Shown in pieces: positions 22,352 to 36,799 of a stretch of 64,000 nucleotides of DNA. Numbering within the stretch: position 1 is the stretch's first letter; each line of letters opens with the position of its first letter. Position numbers and translations under genes: made by a program. The notes below the pieces were generated by a model. That model saw only the letters and a program-made list of their open reading frames with translations. It was not told where the DNA came from and did not search any database. Origin of the DNA: Octopus sinensis (Eukaryota); contig NC_043000.1 in NCBI RefSeq assembly GCF_006345805.1, positions 91,264,001 through 91,328,000 of the forward strand, written 5' to 3'.

Positions 22352-23355
22352 ATATTGTATAATGGTATAATATGATTCAGTCATAAAACCAAAGGAGACT
22401 TTAGACCCTCTGTAAAAACACTCCATATTGTGGATTTGATCTCAGAACCAATGAGATGACAATCCATGATCAAAATTGGCCACATATCTTCTAAAAGGAA
22501 AATATATTAGTTTTACAAGTTACTGCAAAAATATCTTACAAACAACACAAGTTAGGACTCTTCATTGCTGCTTACGTTCACAAATACAAAGATATTTAAA
22601 CATACGCAAATATACAAGCACCTACGCTTGTCTATATATTGTGTGTATGCATATGCATATGCTTACATATGTATGTGTCAAGACAAAGACAATATATGCA
22701 TGTGCACATGAACAAACACACATACATCTATAGGCATACAAACTGGAATCCACATTGACATACACATACATAGACATATGTACATATATGGCATCACATA
22801 TGTAGTTATGAGAATGCGAAATTAAACACATCTAACATATGTAGGCACATTAACACACACACACACATATTCGCATATACAAACACATACAAACATGTAC
22901 TCACAAGTACACATATGTAAGCATGCACAGATATCCACTCGTTCATTTGCACAAGTGATATCCATAAATAATGGCTATATTTAATGCCATGACTAATATA
23001 CCACTTGGTGGAGTGGCATATTATTAGAATATTCCACGGTAATTATTCTCTCACTATGTTCTGATATTAATAAAGAAAATCATATGCAGCAATAGATATA
23101 TGTACTAAATCTTGTGTATACAGTTAACAGTATGATTGCTACTGTTAAATTTCTCATATATAATATATATATATATATATATACACACACATACACACAC
23201 ACACACAACACACACATACACATACACACACATATATATAAATATATATTTATAGATGTATGTATTATATCTATCTATCTATCTATCTATCACTGTATAC
23301 ACGCACACACACACACAAGTATACATATACGCATACAACACACACACGTATATAT

Positions 23356-23735
23356 ACTCTTACTCTTTTACTCTTTTACTTGTTTCAGTCATTTGACTGC
23401 GGCCATGCTGGAGCACTGACTTTAATCGAGCAAATTGATCCCAGGACTTATTCTTTTGTAAGCCCAGTACTCATTCTATCAGTCTCTTTTGCTGAACCGC
23501 TAAGTAACGGGGACATAAACACACCAGCATCGGTTGTCAAGCAATGCTAGGGGGACAAACACAGACACACAAACACACACGCATATATATATATACATAT
23601 ATATGACGGGCTTCTTTCAGTTTCCATCTACCAAATGTACTCACAAGGCTTTGGTCAGCTCGGGGCTATAGTAGAAGACACTTGCCCAAGGTGCCACACA
23701 GCGGGACTGAACCCGGAACCATGTGGTTGGTAAAC
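23356..23735 (-). mobile_element. SINE family 1 copy
   Basis: Reverse complement of the 12249 family. Confidence 0.85.
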
Positions 23736-23959
23736 AAAATATACAAAATATATACAACACACAGACATACACACTGACACTCACACACTGACACACATAC
23801 ATTATTTTGTGATGGTGCATTGCTCAGTGGTTAGAGCGATGGGTTCAGAATCATGAGGCAATGAGTTTGATTCCTGGATGGGACTGAGTTCAATCTAGAT
23901 GATCAAATCATCAATGCTAACCTGTATCCTGAATAGATGGAGTAGATGTATGCCATTGT

Positions 23960-24380
23960 GCAGCAAAAATACATGGCATTGGTTAATAGAAAGTGAGCTC
24001 TTCTGCAGCAAGACAACGCAAAACCCTATGCCACTCAAACAACTTCAAACAAACTCCAGAAACGTGAGGGAATTGAACTGATGTCACAGCCAGCATATAA
24101 TCCAGATATAGATATCTTGGAATATTACATGTTCTAATCTGTGGCTCATTTCCTTGGTTGGGACACTTCATACAATAAGAGAGGTGGTGGAAGCTTCAGT
24201 GAAGGAGTTCTTTTTCTAGAAGGACAAGAACTGGTATTGAGATGAGATCAAAGAGCTGGCAGAAAGGTGACTTCGGATGGTACAACACGATGGCCTCTAC
24301 TTTGAATGCTAGGCTGCTTTTGATGTAACTAGATGAATAAAACAAATAAGTTACCAAAATATTGCAAAACTTCTGATCTA
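23960..24380 (+). pseudogene. mariner transposase C-terminal remnant
   Basis: LVNRK*ALLQQDNAKP...IELMSQPAYNPDI, degenerate. Confidence 0.75.
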
Positions 24381-24387
24381 CATAATA

Positions 24388-24995
24388 TATTCTTTTACTT
24401 GTTTTAGTTATTTGACTATGGCCATACTGGAGCACTGCCTTAAAGGGTCTTACTGGAAGAAATCAACCCCAGGATTTATTCTTTCTAAGCCTGGCACTTA
24501 TTCTATTGGTCACTAAATTACAGGGAAATATACACAACAGTGTCAGTTGTCAAACTATGGCAGGAGGACAAACACATACACACACACACACAGACACACA
24601 AACACACACACACACGCATATGACAGGCTTCTTTCAATTCCCATCTTCCAAATCCACTTACGAGGTCTTGGTCGACCTGAGGCTATAGTAGAAGACACTT
24701 GCCCAAAGTGCCACAACTTGGCCATGTGTCTAACCACTGGGACCATGTGGTCAGGAAGCAAGCTTCTTATTTCTTTTTTGCCCACAAGGTGCTCAACATA
24801 GAGGGGACAAACAACGACAGACAAAGGGATTAAGTCGATTACATCAACCCCAGTGCATAAATGGTACTTAATTTATCGACCCCGAAATGATGAAAGGCAA
24901 AGTTGACTTCGGTGGAATTTGAACTCAGAATGTAATGGCAGATGAAATACCACTAAGCATTTCACCCGGTGTGATAACGATTCTACCAGCTCCAC
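24388..24995 (-). mobile_element. Adjacent SINE family 1 (24388-24768) and family 2 (24775-24995) copies
   Basis: Similarity to other copies in the window. Confidence 0.8.
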
Positions 24996-25569
24996 CATCT
25001 TTTTACCATACTGTATGGCTATATATTTACCATGCCAAATCGCAGCATACCACCAAACAAGCAAGGAGTGTACATAAGTATGTCTGGTCCATAATGTCTA
25101 CAACACTTGTGCTGCTCATGTTGCATAAATTCAAATTTATATTTGAATTTATTCTTATGTATGCATTTGTCAGGGCTTACCAGCAAATGGATGATTATAT
25201 TCTTTGTATAGTGTCATTTGCCTCCAATTTGGTCCAGGTACGTGATGTTGATAAGCTACAAAAATGATGAAACATCGATGTTCATTGCTTCTGAATGGCA
25301 TTTCGGATGAGTTGTCTCAGATGTCCATGACTTCCAGATGTTTAAACATGCAGCACTTTGAGGGAAGTCATCTGCTCCGTGCCCTGTTTGCAGCCTACCG
25401 GCAAACAAGCAAAGCACATACACTGAGTATGTATGTCGATAATATACACACACACACATGTGTGTGCATATGTGTGTATGTGTGTGTGTGCATGTGCATT
25501 TGTGTTTGTGTGTAACTGTTTGTGCCTCCTAACAGAAAGGAGGGAAAATATATATATATATATATATAT

Positions 25570-25770
25570 ACCGGAGTAAGCACATAAATGTGAAGCAAGG
25601 TGGAAAAAAGAGTACTCAAATACCAAAGGTAGAGTAATATGCTTTATTTAAAAGCAGCAGAAAAATAACAAAAGCTGTTACTTGGAGTTTCACGTTCCCG
25701 TTCAGCGGACAATCTTGTTAAAAAAAAACTGTCCGATGAACTGGAATGTGAAACTCCCAGTAACAGCTTT
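25570..25770. mobile_element. Short TA-embedded element ending in a ~41-bp inverted repeat that carries a hammerhead-like motif on each strand
   Basis: 25671-25711 is the reverse complement of 25730-25770; plus strand CUGU-CCGAUGA-AC..GU-GAA-ACU-CCC-AGU-A-ACAG; left end resembles 20505-20570. Confidence 0.7.
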
Positions 25771-25780
25771 AAAAAAAAAA

Positions 25781-25851
<71 letters not shown>

Positions 25852-26732
25852 ATATACACATATATACATATACATATATATATATCATCTATGTCATCTT
25901 TAGATAAAGTTGACATGTAGTTAAACTATTGTATTGAGTGCTTCTTTCATGCCACTATCATTTGCAAGATTGTCATGCAACTTGGAAGACTACCAGCCAG
26001 AGAAGTAGATATATGCTAGAAACTGAGGGATTAAGGTATGAGTGAAAGGGCCTGGGAAAAAGAGGTTTCTTACTGTTGAGGTGAGCACATAGCTACTTAT
26101 ATTTTAGAAGATAGTGGATGGGGCATCAGCTCGTACCAGAAAAGAGATAAGAATATATAGACTGTCAAGAAGGGTGGTGAGGAGAAATGAGTGTGGACAG
26201 CAGGGCAAGGAATGTGGGTAGGTAGCAGTTAAAAGAGCACATGGGGAAGTGAGAGATAGGGGCATGGGTGAAACAGTGAATATACCAAAAGAAGACCAAA
26301 TACTGAGTGGATGCTCACCAGGCAAAATAAAATAAGAACCAGTTGAGCACTGAGGTTGATGTAAATGACTTGCTCTGCCAAAACAATTACTGGGCTCATG
26401 CTAAAATTTAAAACCAATATTTTGACAAACATTTCATGTGCATTATATAGTCTCAAAAGTTACCCTTTAAAGCCTAGGGATGGCAATTAAATCTACTTCA
26501 TGCTAATTATAAATATTGGTTTCAAATTTTGGCACAAAGCCAGCAATTTCAGGGATGTGGTAGGTAAGTAGATTACATGGACTCCAATACTCAACTGGTA
26601 CTTATTATATCAACCCCAAAAGGATGAAAACACAATGTCAATCTCAGTGGCATTTGGACTCAGAATGTGAAGATGAATGAAATGTCACTAAGGATTTTAT
26701 TCGCTATGCTAATGATTCTGCCAGGTTGCCAC

Positions 26733-26736
26733 ATCG

Positions 26737-26767
<31 letters not shown>

Positions 26768-27075
26768 TATTTAACGTCCGTTTTCCATGCTAGCATGGGT
26801 TATATGGTTTGACCAGGGTCTGGAAAGCCAGGAGGCTGCACCAGGCTCCAGTCTGATCTGGCAATGTTTCTACAGCTGGATGCCCTACCTAATGCCAACC
26901 ACTCCATGAGTGTAGTGGGTGCTTTTTATGTACCACTGGCACAGGGACCAGAGGAGGCTGGTAATGGTCACAATCGGTTGGTGCTTTTTGCGTGCCACCA
27001 GCATTCCAGTCAAGGTGGTGCTGGCATCAGCCATGTTCGGATAGTGCTTTTTAAGTGCCACTGGCATGGGTATCA
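26733..27075 (-). mobile_element. RTE LINE 3' UTR fragment with (GAT)n tail
   Basis: Matches 41600-42111; preceded by a SINE family 2 copy at ~26515-26732. Confidence 0.8.
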
Positions 27076-27819
27076 CAACTACAATATCCATTTGATTTTT
27101 ATTTTGATGTTGATGTACTTAACTCAGTAAGTCTCCTTGAGCACGGCAGGTCACCCTACAATCCAAGGTAAGCACAGCAGGCCATCCTGTGAAATATTAT
27201 TAAGTAGTGATTTTGGTATTTAAATAATCTCAGCTGATTGGGAATCCATCTGAAATGTTTAATGACAGTGGCTTCTGATAAAAAGAACCCTATGAAAGTA
27301 AAGCCTGAGAACTCTACCCACATGACCCTTCTATGACTAGTGGCTGGAGAAGATGGATGGAGAGATGGTTTTAATATTTACTGATCAAGCTATAATCAAT
27401 ACATATAGAAAATGACAGCAATACATTTAATATATTTGCAGAATGGAAGAAAATTGCTGATACACACTGACCAGCATAAAATAAAGATTAAAAATGGGAA
27501 TAAGTTGAATGGTTTCATAGAAAAACCAGTGACTTTATATTATGATGAGATTACTGGGGAACTGCTAAAGATTCAATTCACTTAATTTTGTGTCAAAGGT
27601 CTGCTAGAAAAGGTTGGGATGGTGGTGACGGTGATGGTGGTGGTTGTGGTGGTAGTGGTGGTGATGGTTGTGAGGAATTAAACAACAACTCTTACCATGA
27701 AAGTAACAACAATAATCAACAACAGCATAAGCAGCAGCAGCAGCCGCAACAACGACAACAACAACAATTTCTGGTCAAAAGTACATCCAGTGCAAAGGTA
27801 TGCGTACACAGTCGTACAC

Positions 27820-27876
27820 TCTTTGTGTGTGTGTGTGTATGTTTGTGTACAAATATATATATATATATATACATGC

Positions 27877-27929
<53 letters not shown>

Positions 27930-28664
27930 CTTTTTATACATATACATAAATACATATTCATTCTGATATATATATGCATATATATATATATGCATATATG
28001 TATGTGTAAAAATATATCAATATAAGTATACTCTATATATATACTCTATGTATATATATATGTATGTGTGTATTTGTGTGTGTGTGTGCGTGTAACTATG
28101 TATATGTACATTACACATGTATTTGTATATTCCACATATAAACAGATATATGTGTACATAATATATTATATATATATATATATAAATATACCCATATGTA
28201 TACACACACATGTGTAAATGCATGTGTGTGTCTATATTTACCCATATACGTACATACATACATACATACATACACACACTCACACACACACATACATATA
28301 TATAAATGTATAAACATATATAAATATATTTTATATATCTATTTATATACATATATGTATACACATACAAACACACACACACACATGCACACAACTATAT
28401 TATTCAGTAGCATTGTACAATACTGTCTGAAAATCACATTCTCTTGTTGTTCACAATAGGCAAACTAATATATAGCTTACACTGTCAGGTTTCCAACAAA
28501 ATTAATAAGTGTTAAAGTATGTATGTCCATGTTTTTGAGTGAAATGTATAAAGGCGGCCTCCATGTACTAGTCAGTATTTGTAGGTATATATGTGTATTT
28601 CTTACATTGAATATATATATATATATATATACATATAAATATGCATATATATATATATATATTT

Positions 28665-28698
<34 letters not shown>

Positions 28699-28710
28699 TG
28701 TCTGTATGTC

Positions 28711-28774
<64 letters not shown>

Positions 28775-29349
28775 TGTATATGCATGTCTATATATGTGCA
28801 TGTATATATATGTACACTTCTATAAAATTTTGTGTGTTTGTGCTGACCAAGGTGATGCTATTCAATTAGGTATGCCCTGAGCTGCTGCTGGCTGAATCTG
28901 TCTGGAGTTTCTATATAATTGTGTATATATATATATGCATGAAGTTATATATATGTATGTATGTTGTATGTATGTATGTATGTATGTATATGCATGTCTA
29001 TATATGTGCATGTATATATATGTACACTTCTATAAAATTTTGTGTGTTTGTGCTGACCAAGGTGATGCTATTCAATAGGTATGCCCTGAGCTGCTGCTGG
29101 CTGAATCTGTCTGGAGTTTCTATATAATTGTGTATATATATATATGCATGAAGTTATTATATATGTATGTATATGTGTGTGTGGGTGTGTGTGCAAATGC
29201 AAGTATGCATGTACATATGGATGTGTGTCATGGGGATAGGATGTCTTTGTGCCTATATGGACACATATATGATTGTGTCTATCTCTTTTTCTATGTCTGT
29301 CTTTCAGTCTGTCTGACTGTCTATGTAAGTCAGTCTGTCTATCTTCTAC

Positions 29350-29400
<51 letters not shown>

Positions 29401-29890
29401 GAGAGACAGGGAGAGAGAGAGAGACAGAGAATGATATATATGTATATGTACATGTATATATATATATATATTTATATATGTATATATATATATATATTTA
29501 TATATGTATATATATATATTATTATATATATATATATATACATACATATATATATTTATATATATATGCATATATGTCTGCATACTATATGCATGCACAG
29601 ACAGGCATGTACTCATGTACTCAACACATATGGTGTGAAATAAAGTACACATGCTTCTCTAATTATATAAATTATCTTTTTGAAGAGCAATACTTAAAAT
29701 ATGTGAAAGGTCATTAGAAGAGGCCACACACACACATACACACACACACACGCATGTGTGTTTGTCTATATATATATATATGCATACCTACATATACACA
29801 CATATCTATATGTATACGCACACACACACACACACACGCACACACACATATATGCATATAGTCAGAGAGAGAGAGAGAGAGAGAGGGGTT
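27820..29890. repeat. Compound (TA)n/(TG)n/(TATG)n microsatellite region containing a 210-bp tandem duplication (~28740-29160)
   Basis: Direct reading; TATAAAATTTTGTGTG at 28821 and 29031. Confidence 0.9.
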
Positions 29891-30684
29891 AGGTGAAAAT
29901 GAATGAAGTGCAAGAAATGAACAATCAGATTAACAGTGCATCCTACAGCAGAAAACAGAGAGGAAGGCATACATTGATGCAGTCAGAAAAATTGAAAGAC
30001 AGGTAGCTTGTTAATACAGTAAAGGTCTACTAAAATTTAATATAGTAAAGGGCCTTCTATAGATAAGATTAACTTGAGCAGTATTATTATTTTTTATTGA
30101 ATGGCAAAGCATTGTATTTTTTTTCTATAGATTTAATGGTTAGCAGTGGGAAGAACTCTTAAGTAATATCGGATCCACAGAATGGACAATACTCGGTTCT
30201 TTTAATTGTGTCACTTTAGCACTTCATCTTCTTCCTTTTTGTTCTCATCTTGCCACTGCTTCAAAGATAAAATGGCCAAAATGAAAAATGTGTTTTCCTT
30301 CCTTGACTCTGTCTGTCTGTCGCTCTCATTGTTGTGTATTTTATCTTGTATCTTTTGCTTTTTATTTGTTTTAGTCACTAGACTGTGGCCATTCTGGTAT
30401 CCCCACCTTGAAGAATTTTTAGTTGAATGTATTGACCACAGGACTTAGTTTCTGTAAACCTGGTACTTATTCTATTGGTTCTCTTTTACCAAACTGCAAA
30501 GTTACACACACCAGCACCAGTTGTCAAGCAGTGGTTGGAGACAAACATGGACACAAAGACACAAATACAAACACACACACACACACATACACACGCACAT
30601 ATATTCAGTGGGACTGAAACTTGAACCATGTGTTTGGGAAGCAAGTGTCTTACCACACAGTTACACACATACATACATACAAAT

Positions 30685-30741
<57 letters not shown>

Positions 30742-30742
30742 A

Positions 30743-30793
<51 letters not shown>

Positions 30794-30829
30794 TACACAA
30801 ATATTTGTATGTATAGTATATATTATAGT

Positions 30830-31230
30830 GTTCAAATTTTAGTCAAAAATGAAATCACTTTGGTTTTCAATGACTGCAGCCCAACGGGAAAGTAGCTTTT
30901 TTTTTTATGTCACACCCAAAGAAACCTATTTCTTTTCCTGGAAAATATTTCTGAAAGACTTTTCAACTACGTTTCTATTTCTGAATGTTTTACCTCCCTT
31001 AAAATGTTCTAGGGATCTGAACAGAGGGAAATCCATAGTTGCTAAGGCAGGTGAGTATGGAGGATGTGGAAGAATTTCCCATCCTAATGATCTTATTTTT
31101 TCTTGGGTTTGTTTTGAAGAGAGTGGCCATGCATTGTCATGTTGGAGAATAACACCTTTTCTGTTTGCCAAAGCTGGCCACTTTTCATTTATATGATAAA
31201 ATTGTTGTCAATAGACATATACATTGATGA
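30830..31230 (-). pseudogene. mariner (DD34D) transposase remnant
   Basis: NRKGVILQHDNAWP...WEILPHPPYSPALATMDFPLFRSL. Confidence 0.9.
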
Positions 31231-31487
31231 CCCCGCCATGTTATATATGTCTGCGCGTGCGCGTGTGTGTATAATCATGCCAAGGACCTATAATCCTTTA
31301 AAGGATGTTTGCATCCTAGTTCTCCGATATGTACTAGTGTTCAATGAAAACTAAATACTTAAGTTTTGCATTGGTGCATATTGGTATTTAAAATATTCAT
31401 GAATGAGAGAAAGAAGAAAATGGAGAAATTGAGGTATAAGCATTAGTTTATTCAAAGATATTCAAATAAATATAATATGATATTCTT

Positions 31488-31594
31488 GTCTCTACAGCCG
31501 TTTCTATATCGAATTAACTTAATTAGAGAAATTAAATTAAATTCATTTAAAATTTTCATATTGAAACTGGTTAATTGGGTATTTCATCAGGGGA
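31488..31594 (-). ncRNA. Type I hammerhead motif, left arm (helix I weakened)
   Basis: CUGAUGA...AAUUAAC/GUUAAUU...GAA-ACGGCUGU-A-GAGA. Confidence 0.55.
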
Positions 31595-31946
31595 GAATTT
31601 TCAGAAAGGAGTTGCATTCCAACCTGTTGGTCAACCCTTGACAGACTCAGATGTGTGTGTTTTGGTAACCGTTATGAATATAAGTACATACTTATAAACT
31701 AATATGTATGATATAGTTGTGTGCGTGCATTTTATAACTCCTAGTTCACCTTAACTGCAATACCACCACCAATAACTATTATGCATAATAAACTGAGGCG
31801 CACAACTATATCGTACATATTTCTTTATAAGTATGTATATATACTAATAACGGTTTTTTTTTAATACGTACATTACCATAGCGCACACATCTGAGTCTGG
31901 CAAGGGTCGACCAGCACGTTGGAATGTAATTGCTTTCTGGAAATTC

Positions 31947-32052
31947 TCCCCTGATGAAATACCCGATTAACCAATTTCAATATGGATATTTTAAATTAAT
32001 TCAATTTAATTACTCTAATTGAGTCAATTTGATATAGAAACGGCTGTAGGGA
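31947..32052 (+). ncRNA. Type I hammerhead motif, right arm, long helix II
   Basis: UCCC-CUGAUGA (31951)...GAA-ACGGCUGU-A-GGGA. Confidence 0.65.
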
Positions 32053-32210
32053 TAAGAATTTCATATTATGTTGAATTGAATATCTTTGAATAAACTGATG
32101 TTTATACGTCAATTTCTCCATTTTCTTCTTTTTCTCATTATATATATATATATTATATATATATATATATATAACGTATATATGCATATATATATATAAT
32201 ATATACATAT

Positions 32211-32255
<45 letters not shown>

Positions 32256-33059
32256 TCATACATACACACATATCTATAAAAAACACACAGACACACACAC
32301 ACATATACAGTGTAATGTTCCATTAAAGGTGAGATCAGTAAAATAGTATTATAGTAGAGTGGGCTTATGTCATGTGTCGGGTTTTATCAGGCAATCTTCC
32401 AGAATCAAGTGTCAGAAAGGCTACCCAGTAGTACATGATAAGCTATAGAGTTTCGCCTGATTGTAGTACTAATGTAATCAAGAAACTTGTTACCTCAATT
32501 TTAAATCCTGCCTTTGGCAAGTTGGCAGGATCGTTAAATTGACAGGCAAAATGCTTAGCAGCATTTCGTCCGTCTGTGCATTCTGATTTCAAATTCCGCC
32601 GAGGCCCACTTTACTTTCCATCCTTTCTGGGCCAGGGCCTTGCTTTCATGAACGCGAGATCATAGTCTTAATTTCTGGCCCGGCTGGTGAGTTGCTTACC
32701 TGGGCAAACACTTCATCTTACGTCCCTCTATGATAACTTGGACACCTGATCTGTGGTACACCGTGTGCCTGTCCAGGCGATGTCAAGTTGTTGAATAGGG
32801 TGATCTAATGTGCAATACAAACATTTGTTCACTATAGCCAAATCACTTGTGCTGGTTATTCGACAAGAAATTTCAGAACTCTCTTTTTCGAACTATCAAA
32901 CCATACGATCATATGTATATATACATATATAAAAATTTAGCATTTCTTAATTGTTACATTATTTAAGAAAAAAAAATTATAAATTAGTAATCATCAATTA
33001 TATAAAAGTCGTTTAAAAATTGCAGATTTACACACACTGTTAAATAATCATTTCATTAT

Positions 33060-33270
33060 TGCCAACAGAGAGCTAAACATAGAAGGGACAAACAAGGACA
33101 AAGGGATTATGTCGATTACATCGACCCCAGTGCACAACTGGTACTTATTTAATTGACCCCGAGAGGACGAAAGGCAAACCTCGACGGAATTTGAACTCAG
33201 ATCCTAACAGCAGACGAAACACCACTAAGCATTTCTCCCGGCGTGCTAACGATTCTGCCAGCTAGCCGCC
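33060..33270 (-). mobile_element. SINE family 2 copy
   Basis: Matches 57425-57652. Confidence 0.8.
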
Positions 33271-34292
33271 ACACTGTTAATAATATCGCAATGATCTGAG
33301 GTGGTAGACGGATGGAACAAGGCCACGAGAACGAGGAGGGCGGGAGAAAACTGCTATATTTAGTAGCATAATGTTTTCTTGTGTGGCTTGGAAATTATGT
33401 GATATTGCATCATAGTGTAAAGGAAACACACCGTTGCTGTTCATAAATTTTGGGATTTTTTTGCTGCAAAACTTTTGTGCAATGCTTCAAACTGACAACA
33501 GCACTTCTCCACATAAACAATTTCGTTTTAATTTAACACTTCATAATATAAAAGAGACACCCTTCACATACATATATACACGTAACTTCTTTTCGTATGG
33601 ATGTAGTCCCGGTGTGAAGATGTATTCGCATTTTTCATTGGGTGCTAACCATTGTTGTTTTCGTTGGCTATGATTATAGTGAACCTAGTTTTCATCACTT
33701 GCAATCAATCCACAGGAGTCAAGTCTTTCCTTAAGCTGAGAAGCAAATACATGATCAAGTTTAGACACTTTTCCTAGTTCATGAAGTCTGACTTGGAGTT
33801 AAATTGTTTTGCTAATCCTCATTTGACTGAGGACTGGCGAACCAGATGGCTGCGCCAGGCTTCAATCTGATCTGGCAGAGTTTCTACAGCTGGATGCCCT
33901 TACTATAGTTAATAAAATTTAACAACCCTTTCAAATATACTTGAAACTCTGTTTAGTTATTTCAATAACATGCTAACTTAAATCATTAAATATATAAACA
34001 TGGAACTAATACCACTCCTTAAAATTACTGGCCTTGTGCCAAAATAGGAAATCATTATTATTACTATAATCTTACTACGTTATTGGGATATTATCATCAA
34101 GTCTGTAAGGGTGGAACAGACGATAACATGCTGAATAATAATTATACTCATTGATTCATGGCTCAGTTCAAATCTTGCTAGTTAACTTCGAATTGCGTTT
34201 TATTTCACTGTTAGTTTGTAGTAAATATCTAGTATATTCAGTTCAGTAGATTTCAGGTGTTCCAACACATCATCTATACATGTGTATGTATG

Positions 34293-34326
<34 letters not shown>

Positions 34327-34386
34327 TGTATGTATGTATGTATGTATGTATGTATGCATGCATGCATGCATGCATGCATGTATGTA

Positions 34387-34575
34387 AGAGTTCAGGAAAA
34401 AAAAACAAAAGACGAAGATAGGTGGTGTAGAGAACAAACAGATGTATTAGTATAACGCTCAGGAAAGAAAAAGTCTTTTACGTTTCGAGCATACGCTCTT
34501 CTACAGAAAGGGACACAGAAAAAAAACAAGGAGAGAAAAAAATGTGTGTAGTGGCTACCGATCTATCATGGCGAC
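34387..34575 (-). mobile_element. Short element with a minimal hammerhead-like motif (34475-34510), within (TATG)n
   Basis: CUUU-CUGUAGA-AGAGC-GUAU-GCUC-GAAA-CGUA-AAAG; shares CCTGAGCGT with the 14579 family. Confidence 0.65.
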
Positions 34576-34584
34576 TTATGTATG

Positions 34585-34618
<34 letters not shown>

Positions 34619-35817
34619 TGTATGTATAGGTACAACTTACGTTATGCAATAGAAACTCATTTAGGGGTTAGTCTTTTAGCTTTTAACCGGCATTATCCGG
34701 CCCAAATATTCTACCTGTTTTGTGTTAAAACTGACCATATCTGGCCTCTCTCACCTACATGACAGTGCCAGTTTAAAAATAAACCACCACGTCATCGAAA
34801 TCGCAAAGCAATAAGACGATGCATGATTAGTTCAATACAATATGAATAAACAAGCATTATAGTCAACGAAGTAAGCTCAATGTTAAGGGACTAAGGGACT
34901 CTAAGCGGCTAAGGGATTATTAACTGAGGCGGAATACACCAAAACCTATGTAGAGTAGTGGGCTGAAACTACAACATCAAGACTCTTCACTTAATATAAC
35001 GGATGATTTAAGAGAGATTTGCCTGCTATTTTTAGCGTGTTCAACGACCGTATATAGTCCTCTCTTTTTTTAACTCTGTGGTAAGGTGTTTCTCAGATGG
35101 CATCAGCACAAGAATAGATAATTCATTTCTTCTCAAGAAATCTCCTTTCTCGGTGATAAAGAACCACAGTTTGGCAATTGCATTTCACTTATTCTTTCTT
35201 ATATCCTTAAAATACATGCTTGTGTTTACACTTGGTGATACTGGACATGTATGGGTGATAGGTGAAGCTTACTTTTACGTTGCTCTTATTGCAAAAGCTG
35301 TCGTAGTAAACTCTTACTTACAGGGTAACATGACCAAAAGTTATTTTAGAAAGCTGAACAAAATAGCAAAATATAGAAAGATCTCCATGCTAATCCTGTC
35401 AACCCAGTTCACTGATCAGTGCAGGTGGTCAGACAAAGCTGGCTGTAGGAAGATATTAAGTATAAGTTTGGAATATTGGTGGTGTACATCTTACATATAT
35501 AGATATATAATTACATACTGGTATCTATCTATACATGCATAGGCAAGTACATAAATACAAAGATACAGGCATCTCTGTATGCATGCATACATATATGCAT
35601 GTATACATACATACATACATACATACATACATACATACATACATACATACATACATACATACATACAACATACATACATACATACATACGTACGTACGTA
35701 CGTACGTACGTACGTACTTACGTACATACGTGCGTACATACATACATAAAGATGGGTGTTCATAAATTTGTATAAAATCTGTTTGCGTACACAATAATTA
35801 GCATGACTGTGTATATA

Positions 35818-35857
<40 letters not shown>

Positions 35858-35953
35858 TGTATATATTTACATGTGTATCATATATGAATATATATATATA
35901 TATGTTTCTGTATACCTGCCTGTCTCTCTGTCTGTCAGTTTGTCTGTATATAT

Positions 35954-36096
35954 GTAAGTAGCTTGCTTACCGACCACATGGTTCCAGGTTCAGTCCCACT
36001 GTGTGGCACCTTGGGCAAGAGTCTTCTACTATAGCCTCGGGCCGACCAAAGCCTTGTGAGTGGATTTGATAGACAGAAACTGAATGAAATCTATCA

Positions 36097-36167
<71 letters not shown>

Positions 36168-36730
36168 TGTTTTCTATGTGTCTGTATCTCTTCCCTCCAT
36201 CACTGCTTGACAACCGATGCTGGTGTGTTTACATCACCATAGCATAGTGGTTCGGCAAAAGAATAATTACCAGGTTTAAAAAAAGGCAAATACTGTCCTT
36301 GATTCATTCAACTAAATGAAATACCCCAGCATGGCCACATGTAATTGCTGAAACAAGTAAAATATAAACAATAAAAGATATATGCATAATATATATATAT
36401 AGGCGCAGGAGTGGCTGTGTGGTAAGTAGCTTGCTTACCAACCACATGGTTCCGGGTTCAGTCCCACTGCGTGGCACCTTGGGCAAGTGTTTTCTATTAT
36501 AGTCTGTCGTATATATGTATATATACATATATATGTGTACATATATATGTGTCTGTGTTTGTCCCCCCCCCCAACATCACTTGATAACCGATGTAAAAAG
36601 AGACCGATAGAATAAGTACTAGGCTTACAAAGAATAAGTCCTGGAGTTGATTTGTTCGACTAAAGGCGGTGCTCCAGCATGGCCGCAGTCAAATGACTGA
36701 AACAAGTAAAAGAGTAAAATAGTAAGAGAG
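35954..36730 (+). mobile_element. Two SINE family 1 copies (35954-36365, 36401-36730)
   Basis: Head and tail motifs as in 12249-12717. Confidence 0.85.
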
Positions 36731-36799
36731 TATATGCATATATATGTATGTGTGTGCATGTGTGTGTGTGTGTGTACATACATGCACACATGTTTATGT

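Larger units (their letters stand above)
31402..32139. mobile_element. Fold-back element with ~330-bp imperfect inverted arms, each carrying a hammerhead motif
   Basis: 31402-~31725 is the reverse complement of ~31798-32139; (TA)n follows. Confidence 0.85.

Noticed and set aside
27588-29717. Many 60-195 aa YI/CV/HT-repeat ORFs here and elsewhere
   Set aside because: Dinucleotide microsatellites lack stops in several frames; not genes.
29929-30003. Short open frame ending at AG|GTAG
   Set aside because: No polypyrimidine acceptor and no recognisable product.
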